Below, piece after piece: positions 56,406-64,000 of a DNA stretch of 64,000 bases; the stretch's first letter is position 1; each line of letters starts with the position of its first letter. Both the position numbers and the translations under genes were made by a program. Origin of the DNA: a virus; IMG/VR virus record IMGVR_UViG_3300007712_000002, positions 1-64,000 of that record; one strand, given 5' to 3'. The notes below the pieces were generated by a model. That model was not told the origin of the DNA, did not search any database, and saw only the letters and a program-made list of their open reading frames with translations.

Positions 56406-56735
56406 ATGTTAACACCAAAGATAAATGAAGTTGTAACCCTCAAACTTGTTTCAGGGGAAGAAGTAATAGGATATTTTGTTGCTGAAGACGCAGAATCAAT
56501 TGTTTTGCGAAAACCACTGGTTCCAGTCGCAACAGGACAAGGGTCAATAGGACTAGCGCCTTTTGTGATGTCAAGCGACTACCTCAAACCAGGTGCGAAT
56601 GTAGATATCCCTTTCAATAAACAAACTATTATTTCCACTGTGCCTACAGAAAAGCAATTTGCTGACGCTTATACACAACAAGTAAGCGGTATTGATATGT
56701 CGGCATCTGGAAAGCCAGGACTGATTACTACATAA
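56406..56735 (+). CDS. Sm-like hypothetical protein
   Basis: VVTLKLVSGEEVIG, Y...VSGI. Confidence 0.55.
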   Translation: MLTPKINEVVTLKLVSGEEVIGYFVAEDAESIVLRKPLVPVATGQGSIGLAPFVMSSDYLKPGANVDIPFNKQTIISTVPTEKQFADAYTQQVSGIDMSASGKPGLITT

Positions 56736-56755
56736 ATACTCCGTGAGGAGTATGT

Positions 56756-57703
56756 ATGAACGTTCCAGTCCATCGCAATACAGACAGTCGTATTTGCGGC
56801 GCATCAACAACAGTTAAAGGACAGAGCAATGTCTTCGTGAATAATCTGCTTGCAAGTGTGCAAGGAGATACCAATACTCACGGCGGCGGAGCTCTTTCTG
56901 CATCTGTAAATGATGGAACAGTGTTTATAAATGGCGTCAAGGTCGTTTTACAAGGCAGTGCTGCTTCTCCAGACAGTCTATGCCCGCCCCGTGGTCAACC
57001 ACATTGTAACCCTCGAAGCTCTAGCGGTAGTCCAGACGTTTTTGCATGTAACGGCGTAGCAGGTGGTGGAACGGGGAGCTCTGGGGCAGGCGCTGGTGGA
57101 CGCGATCAAGCAGCGGACAGCACTACCCAAGCACAAGGCCAGGCGCCTGATCCCAACGCTACACCAGAAGAAGATCTGGCTGATGATTATACAGATCCAA
57201 ATGGTGAAAAATCATTTGATCGCTCAGCCTTTAGTGAAGAAGATCTTGCACGTATCGATGAATTAGAAAGTGATCCGGCTTGGCGTAGTGAATTGGAAGC
57301 ATTGGAAGCAAAGTATCCAAACTTGGATCGAACCGAGCTATACCAAATTGTAAATGGTGAAAGCGACTTCGATCCACAAGCAACAAACCCGAGCGGTGCA
57401 ACTGGACTCTTCCAGCTGATGCCTGACAGCGCTCGTGAGATTGGATACTCTACTACTCAGATTTATAATCAGACACCAGCGCAGCAACTCAATACCTATG
57501 GCAAGTATCTGGACCGTTGGAATTACAATTCCAACAATTCTTTGGGTATGATGCAAGCCGCCCCTGCTTATGCAAGCAGAGCTCCAAACGAAGTTGTTTA
57601 TGGTGTAAACAGTGCGGCTTGGAAACAAAATCCAGGCTGGCGTTCTAGTAGAAATGGACCGATCACTGTGGGAAGCATTAACGACTATTATAGGAAAACC
57701 TGA
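56756..57703 (+). CDS. PAAR-like spike tip fused to lytic transglycosylase
   Basis: N-term VHR..D...CGA...VFVN...GD..H...VFING; C-term ESDFDP.A.N.SGATGLFQLMP; late promoter 56731. Confidence 0.75.
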   Translation: MNVPVHRNTDSRICGASTTVKGQSNVFVNNLLASVQGDTNTHGGGALSASVNDGTVFINGVKVVLQGSAASPDSLCPPRGQPHCNPRSSSGSPDVFACNGVAGGGTGSSGAGAGGRDQAADSTTQAQGQAPDPNATPEEDLADDYTDPNGEKSFDRSAFSEEDLARIDELESDPAWRSELEALEAKYPNLDRTELYQIVNGESDFDPQATNPSGATGLFQLMPDSAREIGYSTTQIYNQTPAQQLNTYGKYLDRWNYNSNNSLGMMQAAPAYASRAPNEVVYGVNSAAWKQNPGWRSSRNGPITVGSINDYYRKT

Positions 57704-59547
57704 TGGCATTTACTGATTTCCCAAACGGCCTCGGAAGCGCCGCCGACTATCTTAGTGCAAACAACAGCACTCGTGCCGAGTTGACTGGCAGTGTTGCTGA
57801 TATTGGGCGTTTGGTTGTCAGTGCTGAGCTGGATTTCAACCTCAAAGAAATCATTTGTAGTTTGTTGGCAGGGCGAGGACTCAAGCTGCCAAATATTCAG
57901 ATCTGTATCAGCCTCAATCTCAAAGAGCTGTTGGGAACTATTTTTGGTCAAGTGCAACAGGTTCTCTACGATGCATTGGCATCCTTGGATGCAGCATTTG
58001 ATCGTTTCCTTGATCATCTTAAACTAGATGAAGTTTTGGGACGAATCAATAATGTATTGGGCGAAGTCACACAGATCGCCAACATGATCAACTTCTGCTC
58101 TGCACCCCTTGATCCGATCCAAATTCCAAACGTGCTAGAGAATGCCATGGACAGTTTCCTGGGTGCTGGTAAATCAATCATTGATTCTATCGGACAGATA
58201 TTGCCAGGTGAGATTGGTGGTTGTTTAATTGATGGCCAGTTCAACGGCAGCATTTTTAATGGCGGTATCCTCAAGAAGATTTGGGATAACTTTGACGATC
58301 TTGATACCATAGCAGATACGATCATCAATGACGCTAACTCTGTCATTAGACAAATCGATGACCTCATTGATCGAGAAAACAACGTGTCAGGTGTATACGA
58401 TCAAGGTGGTAGCGATCTACTTGAAGATGATGATCGTCCAGTGAACGACGGCATAGGTGCGCTATACAACTCACAAGATGAAGGCATCCAGGGCGCAGTT
58501 TACGCGGCAGGCCAACTTTGGTCCTCATATCAAAACCTTGCAAGTTATCAGGTTGTTGGTAGCGACGGCACTGTATACAACAATATTTTTGAAACATTCT
58601 GTGAGCCAGAACTGTTACGCATATTGCGCAGAACACCAGATCCCCGCCCAGAGATCGCAGAACGTGAGCCAGTATTCAACTACTGTGGTGAAATCATTGG
58701 TTACACGAAAGTTACAACACAAGAGTCTCCGACGACCAGTGTAGGCAAGGTTCCTGGTGAAATTGATCAACCAGGATTCGACGCAGGAGGCCTGTCAACC
58801 AGTCCAATCGCTGAAGCTATTGAGATCGCCGCAACAGGAAGCGGTTCTTCAACGTCTGGCGATACTACTATCATCAATAATATTGACGGCACTGGTGTCC
58901 TGTTTGCTGAGAGTGAAGCAGCTCAACTCAGTCTCGGAACAACAGAAGGACAACTTGTCTACAGGACCGATACTGGAACCACATATGTTGATAACGGAGG
59001 AACCAGCAACACTATATCAGACTTCAATGTGGTTGGCGGTGCATCAGGTGCGAATGTTGGTGCTGGCTCTCAAGTTTATGCTGGTCTTTCAGGGCAAGAA
59101 TTGCAATTTCGCACGATTACCAGCGGCGAATATATCAACCTAACACAAACACTCAACGAGATCGAAGTATCTGCAGACATTGCCCGTTACGAAGGAACGT
59201 TACTCACCACAGATGCTACCCTGACTGAAGTGTTGTTTGACACTGTGCCCAATCCTACTCCTGGCACCAACACAACGTGGTTCCTAACCATCACCGCTGT
59301 GGCCAACCGCAGAAACACCAACGACGCAGTTGCTATCCGAATGGAAACTGTGATCGACAACGCCACTGGCACCGTTTCCGTGGTTGGCGTGGGCGGAAAC
59401 AAAACTGTCTACAACGCATCAGCAGCGACCGCCAACTATGATCTCGTGGTTGACGTATCCAGCAACCAAACTCGTGTTAGAGTTCAAGGGGATACAGCGC
59501 ACAATGTTGACTGGAAGGTGCGCATGGAATATATTGCAAGTCCGTAA
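57703..59547 (+). CDS. Baseplate-associated structural protein
   Basis: Coupled to PAAR gene; C-terminal fibre-like ANVGAG...LQFRTI. Confidence 0.5.
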   Translation: MAFTDFPNGLGSAADYLSANNSTRAELTGSVADIGRLVVSAELDFNLKEIICSLLAGRGLKLPNIQICISLNLKELLGTIFGQVQQVLYDALASLDAAFDRFLDHLKLDEVLGRINNVLGEVTQIANMINFCSAPLDPIQIPNVLENAMDSFLGAGKSIIDSIGQILPGEIGGCLIDGQFNGSIFNGGILKKIWDNFDDLDTIADTIINDANSVIRQIDDLIDRENNVSGVYDQGGSDLLEDDDRPVNDGIGALYNSQDEGIQGAVYAAGQLWSSYQNLASYQVVGSDGTVYNNIFETFCEPELLRILRRTPDPRPEIAEREPVFNYCGEIIGYTKVTTQESPTTSVGKVPGEIDQPGFDAGGLSTSPIAEAIEIAATGSGSSTSGDTTIINNIDGTGVLFAESEAAQLSLGTTEGQLVYRTDTGTTYVDNGGTSNTISDFNVVGGASGANVGAGSQVYAGLSGQELQFRTITSGEYINLTQTLNEIEVSADIARYEGTLLTTDATLTEVLFDTVPNPTPGTNTTWFLTITAVANRRNTNDAVAIRMETVIDNATGTVSVVGVGGNKTVYNASAATANYDLVVDVSSNQTRVRVQGDTAHNVDWKVRMEYIASP

Positions 59548-59557
59548 AACTTTTTGG

Positions 59558-59586
59558 TTGACAGGCAAAGCCGTTTGCCATATAGT
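59558..59586 (+). promoter_or_regulatory. Sigma70-type early promoter
   Basis: TTGACA-17 bp-TATAGT; spacer holds GGCAAA-N4-TTTGCC. Confidence 0.75.
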
Positions 59587-59620
59587 CTTGGTATATTGAT
59601 TCTAACCAAGGACTGAAAAT

Positions 59621-59923
59621 ATGAGATCCAAAATCTGCGAAGACGGCAAAGCACGTATCCTTGCCAAGGTGGTTGTTCCCATGGGCGTCCAGGAAATCAC
59701 GCTGTTCGCTATGGCAAATCCTCGGTTCCACGAGAATGATGAGGCCATGAATGACTTCGAAAACCTCAATAAGCGTCAGCTGTTCAATGTTGCCAAGGAG
59801 AGCGTTGCTCTTCGTGGCGATAACATCGAACTGGCCGACAACATTGTTGTGGACAACTGGACGACTCGTCAGATCGCTCGTGCAACACAACATGTCAAGC
59901 GGCTCTTTCCTGAGGTCGACTGA
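59621..59923 (+). CDS. Hypothetical early protein
   Basis: 100 aa, RBS AAGGA. Confidence 0.65.
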   Translation: MRSKICEDGKARILAKVVVPMGVQEITLFAMANPRFHENDEAMNDFENLNKRQLFNVAKESVALRGDNIELADNIVVDNWTTRQIARATQHVKRLFPEVD

Positions 59924-60186
59924 TGGCAAGTATTTACGATTACCCGCCTGGAACATATGTTCAAGGCAAGGAAGACGACTGGATCGGAACGGTCGAATAC
60001 CTGTCTGTCAATCCATATGGTGAGCCGTGTTTGGTTATTCGCATGATCAAACGCTCATTCACCAATAACAAGGGAATGCACGATTTGGGTTGGACACCGA
60101 TAGACCAATCCTGTGAATTTTGGCGGCGCACAGACAGGATGCATCACGGAAACATTAAACTTCTTGAAGAAGAAATGAGGGTATAA
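59923..60186 (+). CDS. Hypothetical protein
   Basis: 87 aa, coupled. Confidence 0.55.
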   Translation: MASIYDYPPGTYVQGKEDDWIGTVEYLSVNPYGEPCLVIRMIKRSFTNNKGMHDLGWTPIDQSCEFWRRTDRMHHGNIKLLEEEMRV

Positions 60187-60187
60187 G

Positions 60188-60430
60188 ATGTGGTTGGTTG
60201 TCTGGCTGGCAGGAGAAGCCAGCATGATCATGGGTGGCAACACGGGCATGAGCGTTGTATTTTGTAACACAATGCGAGAAGTGGTCATCACTGACATTGC
60301 AGAAGGTGTGCGGCAAGATACTGACGGAACGCTCTGGGTAGAAGCTGAAAATGGTGATCGTCTTCCTTTCCAGGAATGGTCGGTTACATGTGAAGAAACA
60401 CGTCCTGTGCTAGGCGATGTGAGGAAATAA
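60188..60430 (+). CDS. Hypothetical protein
   Basis: 80 aa, RBS GAGG. Confidence 0.5.
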   Translation: MWLVVWLAGEASMIMGGNTGMSVVFCNTMREVVITDIAEGVRQDTDGTLWVEAENGDRLPFQEWSVTCEETRPVLGDVRK

Positions 60431-60642
60431 TGACAAAGACAACGCAAGACTTTATCGAAAACCCTGGTCTATCTGACTGTCTCATGAACATCATGCCGTT
60501 TCTGGTTTGGTCAGCAGACATGGACGAGATACACGGCGGCGTTCACGCTCGCGACGCCCTAGCTAGTTTCCGTCACATACTAGGCTGGGAACAAGAACGT
60601 TTTGACGCATTGTGTGATATCTTTCGCCAGGAACCAGAATGA
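60430..60642 (+). CDS. Hypothetical protein
   Basis: 70 aa, coupled. Confidence 0.5.
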   Translation: MTKTTQDFIENPGLSDCLMNIMPFLVWSADMDEIHGGVHARDALASFRHILGWEQERFDALCDIFRQEPE

Positions 60643-60974
60643 CACGTTACAGCCTTTTCATTGATGACGAACGCTTGCCACCTCGCAATGACGGCCGCAA
60701 TTGGGTCGTCGCTCGAGACTGGGAAGATGTCATGATGAACCTGCGTATTCGCGGAATGCCAGGATTTGTCAGCTTTGACCATGATCTCGGCGAAGACCTT
60801 CACACTGGCTACGACATCGCCAAGTTCTTGGTTGAGCTAGATATGGGTGGCGATGATGCTTTTGTTATCCCAGATGAGTTTGATTTCTACGTGCACAGCC
60901 AAAATCCTGTGGGCAAAGCAAACATCGAACATTATCTTAACAACTATTTGGAGCACCGAAAAAATGTGGTATGA
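60639..60974 (+). CDS. Cyclic-phosphate-processing receiver-like domain protein
   Basis: LFIDDER.P, SFDHDLG, TGYD, HSQNPVG. Confidence 0.7.
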   Translation: MTRYSLFIDDERLPPRNDGRNWVVARDWEDVMMNLRIRGMPGFVSFDHDLGEDLHTGYDIAKFLVELDMGGDDAFVIPDEFDFYVHSQNPVGKANIEHYLNNYLEHRKNVV

Positions 60975-61428
60975 TATTGTTAGCTTTATTGGCAGTAACT
61001 ATGCTCAATTTATCTTGTGGCTGGGTGGCGGCGCCGCCAGTGCAGAAATTTGGCTGTTGCTTATTGCAGTGGTTCCTGCTATGATATTCATGGCTGTTCC
61101 CCTTTTCTGCGTGGCTCGGCTGACAGCCGAGCCGGGACGGACCGGGACGCAGACAGGAGCAATTTTTGCTTTTTTGAGTGTTCCTCTGTTTGTCTTGGGA
61201 TTTATGTTATCCATGATCTTTGGGATCAATGGAAATGTTCATTTCCAAGAAAACTTTCGCGAGTGTGTGCAGTTTGAAGACATAACTATAGAGGCTCAAA
61301 CTCCTGTGATGGTTCTCATGTGCCGCTACCGTGATCATGTTGACAACGATTTCAGCCCCTGGGAACCACGCCGAGCACTTTATGGCACCAAATTTCTTGA
61401 TGCTGATGTTGTTGACGAAATGCCTTGA
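60964..61428 (+). CDS. Membrane protein
   Basis: MWYDIVSF start; 2-3 TM segments. Confidence 0.55.
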   Translation: MWYDIVSFIGSNYAQFILWLGGGAASAEIWLLLIAVVPAMIFMAVPLFCVARLTAEPGRTGTQTGAIFAFLSVPLFVLGFMLSMIFGINGNVHFQENFRECVQFEDITIEAQTPVMVLMCRYRDHVDNDFSPWEPRRALYGTKFLDADVVDEMP

Positions 61429-61483
61429 CAAGCACGAATAAATCTGCTAAACAAAACTTCTGTAAGTAACTAGAGAGACAGAT

Positions 61484-62035
61484 ATGATTCGTCTAACGGT
61501 TTTTCTAACTCAGTTAGCAGGCATCGCAGCCGTAACGGCAAGTGCAGAGCCCGTGTCTATCACCTTGCTTCCATCATCATATGAAAAGGAAGCCCATGAA
61601 CAGGACAAAATTGACCCACAATCACACCATTGTCTAACCGAAGCCATCTACTGGGAAGGGCGAAACCAGGACGGATTTGCCATGGCTGCGATTGGTCATG
61701 TGATCATGAATCGTGTTCGCAGTCCTGATTTTCCTGATGCGGTATGTGACGTAGTCCATCAAGGACCTCTTGATGGAGGCCCTATCGAATTGAATCGCTG
61801 CCAGTTTAGTTACTACTGTGACGGCAAAAGTGACACGCCTCCCCTTGAAAACATATTAGAAATAACCGCATGGGATTTTTCTCATATTATTGCAGAGCTC
61901 ATCTTGTATGGAGAAAGCGAAGATTTAACCAGCGGTAGCACCTACTATCATGCAACTTATGTTGAACCATTTTGGAGCAAAGAATACCAAGAAGTTGCAA
62001 TGTTGGGAGATCACATCTTTTATCGACACTACTAA
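61484..62035 (+). CDS. Cell wall hydrolase, SleB/Hydrolase_2 family
   Basis: Signal peptide; CL..AIYWEGR, V.MNRV..FP..VC.VV.Q, CQFS.YCDGK, YYHA.YV.P.W, HIFY. Confidence 0.88.
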   Translation: MIRLTVFLTQLAGIAAVTASAEPVSITLLPSSYEKEAHEQDKIDPQSHHCLTEAIYWEGRNQDGFAMAAIGHVIMNRVRSPDFPDAVCDVVHQGPLDGGPIELNRCQFSYYCDGKSDTPPLENILEITAWDFSHIIAELILYGESEDLTSGSTYYHATYVEPFWSKEYQEVAMLGDHIFYRHY

Positions 62036-62057
62036 ACAACTTATACGTGCACAAGCC

Positions 62058-62086
62058 ATCCCCTGCCTAGAAATAGTGCAGGGGAT
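62058..62086. terminator. Hairpin overlapping a late promoter
   Basis: ATCCCCTGC-N11-GCAGGGGAT; GATAAATA at 62084. Confidence 0.55.
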
Positions 62087-62120
62087 AAATATGATGACAT
62101 AACAAAAAGAGGCTTGTAAA

Positions 62121-62429
62121 ATGCACGAATATCCATGCCGTATGATCCGGATCATAAACGGCAATACAATTGAGGCTGATATCGATCTGGGATTTGGTAT
62201 ATCTATTAGACAGAATATCAAACTTTACGGTATCGACAATACTGAAGAAAGTATGGCTGCTCTAATCAAAACACTACCACGAAAATTCATCTGTAGGACC
62301 ATTTATAATAAGCGGGGGAGAACAGGGCGAGTATTGGGATATGTCTTCAGTGAAGACAGTCAAGGCGATCTAATAAATATTAACGATCAATTAATAGAAC
62401 AAGGTGTCGCCAAAAAATACAACTCATGA
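62121..62429 (+). CDS. Thermonuclease (SNase)-like protein, degenerate
   Basis: RIINGNTI.ADIDLGF, IKLYGID, GRVLG, IN.QLIEQG; usual DGDT reads NGNT. Confidence 0.6.
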   Translation: MHEYPCRMIRIINGNTIEADIDLGFGISIRQNIKLYGIDNTEESMAALIKTLPRKFICRTIYNKRGRTGRVLGYVFSEDSQGDLININDQLIEQGVAKKYNS

Positions 62430-63889
62430 GATTAATTTTTGGAATTTGGACAATGATCGTCGCTCTGACAGTCAGTGTCGTTGCCGCATATTATAGTATT
62501 GTCGGTCTCACAGCAATTTTTGCTGCGGCAGTTATTCCGATTATTATTATGGGCGCTACACTTGAGGTTGCAAAAGTTACAGCCGCGGTGTGGCTACACA
62601 GTTTCTGGCAGGAAGGAGCATTTCTAACTAAAGCGTATTTGGTTAGCGCAGTAGTTATACTCATGTTCATTACCAGCATGGGCATTTTTGGCTTTCTATC
62701 CAAAGCACATATAGAACAAGCTGCCAACAGTGGTGGTCTTGTGGCTCAAATCGAACGTGTTGATCAAGAAATATCACGCGAACAGCAAATAATAGAACGT
62801 GCTAATATTGCAATAACAGGCTACGGAGAGCGTGTCGAAAGCGCAGACACAGGCATCCAACGACGTATTGAAGCACAGGAACGTCTGATAGCAGACATTA
62901 GCGATCGCCTCGAACGTGATATTGCCACACAAAATCAAATAATTAGCCAAAGTAATAACCTATTGGCACCATTGCAACAAGAACTCGAACGCATCGAAGA
63001 GCGCAGGAACGAGCTCAGAGCAGCCCAAGCAAGCGGCGATGTGGTAGCACTACAGGCACTCGTTGGTGCCGATCCTGATGGTGTGTTGGGGCCACAAACA
63101 CAACAGAGCATTCAGGAATTCCAGGATGATCTAGATACCCGCCGAACAGAAACAATCACACAGCTAGAGAGAGTGTCCAATACAGATGATCCAGCCGTTG
63201 TGGCAGCTCGTGCCGAAATAACACGATTACAACAGGCAGCAAATGCTGAGATTGCGCGAGCACAAGAAGCCATCAATGCTTTTCGTGAACAGTTGGTTTC
63301 AGTTACAACACAAGACAACACATCTGATATCCAAGCACAAGAAGAAACTATACGCACATCAAATGAACGTATCGATGAACTTCTTGATCGTAAATTTGAG
63401 TTACAAGGTGAGTTGAGAGTTTTGGAAACAGAAGTGGGTCCTGTGCGTTATGTTGCAGAACTTGTATACGGTGACACCAACACAGAGTTACTTGAAGAAG
63501 CAGTTAGGTGGGTCATCATTATCATCGTTCTTGTGTTTGATCCTCTTGCTATTGTTTTGGTTCTTGCTGGTCTCAGCATCTTGCATCCCAAGCAAACACT
63601 TGACAATGATGATGAAGTGCTGCATAATGAGAACAATGAAACATCAGATGAGTCTAGCGAAGGTTCTGTTCAAGGACAGCACCCGCAGTCTCCGTCTAGT
63701 TTTGCTGATCAACCAGCAAAAAATTTATCAGAAGTTCAGAAGGACATTATGTATGGCGCAAGCACCTCAGAAACCCAAGACGCAAAAGTAAAGAGTGCAC
63801 CTTCTGAAAAACCTAAAGGTCGAGCGACTGGATTCGCAGGAATTCATGTAACGCCAATTGACAATGGATCAAAAAATAATGACAACTAA
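62426..63889 (+). CDS. Membrane coiled-coil protein with peptidoglycan-binding-like insert
   Basis: N-terminal TMs (ITSMGIFGFLSKAH), long coiled coil, EVGP.RY, FDPLA TM. Confidence 0.7.
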   Translation: MRLIFGIWTMIVALTVSVVAAYYSIVGLTAIFAAAVIPIIIMGATLEVAKVTAAVWLHSFWQEGAFLTKAYLVSAVVILMFITSMGIFGFLSKAHIEQAANSGGLVAQIERVDQEISREQQIIERANIAITGYGERVESADTGIQRRIEAQERLIADISDRLERDIATQNQIISQSNNLLAPLQQELERIEERRNELRAAQASGDVVALQALVGADPDGVLGPQTQQSIQEFQDDLDTRRTETITQLERVSNTDDPAVVAARAEITRLQQAANAEIARAQEAINAFREQLVSVTTQDNTSDIQAQEETIRTSNERIDELLDRKFELQGELRVLETEVGPVRYVAELVYGDTNTELLEEAVRWVIIIIVLVFDPLAIVLVLAGLSILHPKQTLDNDDEVLHNENNETSDESSEGSVQGQHPQSPSSFADQPAKNLSEVQKDIMYGASTSETQDAKVKSAPSEKPKGRATGFAGIHVTPIDNGSKNNDN

Positions 63890-64000
63890 AAACACGGTGT
63901 ATACTGTTACACCGCCAGATCTACGAATCAATATGATAGGTCCCAGTGTTCTATTATTAGGAACCGATCTTGAACACTGCCAGGATTATACACAACTTTA
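63879..64000 (+). CDS. Partial ORF running off the window
   Basis: MTTKNTVYTVTPPD... open to end. Confidence 0.5.
   Translation, partial: MTTKNTVYTVTPPDLRINMIGPSVLLLGTDLEHCQDYTQL

Noticed and set aside
1-64000. Stop-codon reassignment
   Set aside because: Core genes are full length in code 11, and TAA, TGA and TAG all end genes.

Overview
This 64 kb window is a gene-dense segment of a large (probably jumbo) myovirus distantly related to T4. It is phage DNA, not a cellular chromosome. It holds the end of a tail-fibre region, neck/tail genes (gp13/14/15-like, sheath, tube, gp4-like), terminase, a T4-like replication/recombination set (gp32 SSB, UvsX, UvsY, UvsW, primase, gp41 helicase), nucleotide metabolism genes (dNMP kinase, class II RNR, glutaredoxin), a DNA methylase, cell-wall hydrolases and clusters of small early genes behind host-type sigma70 promoters. 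Promoter style, GC-richer early genes and the B12-dependent RNR loosely suggest an alphaproteobacterial host (inference). The most striking unexplained feature is two families of short N-terminal tags. Tag 1 is M-D-I-N-R-L-[RK]-x-L-[AS]-G-x(1-3)-E on 11 small, mostly acidic, mostly unrelated proteins, six of them in tandem at 49.7-51.4 kb. Tag 2 is M-[RK]-h-x-[EDQH]-h-(x)-[ED] on about 12 proteins, several of them enzymes (two GNATs, ART-like, pol-beta NTase, RNA-ligase-like) or RNA-binding (KTSC). Both tags usually end at a T4-prohead-protease-type h-x-E site. I infer a modular system that loads effector proteins into the head for injection. Other points of interest: two promoter-driven candidate non-coding RNAs (one with an anti-Shine-Dalgarno loop matching the phage early RBS), systematic leaderless genes, NrdR-box-like sites before the RNR operon, a PAAR-lytic transglycosylase fusion, a 193-aa mini-DnaE and a TolQ/ExbB-like membrane module. 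All calls come from reading motifs by eye; no searches were run.
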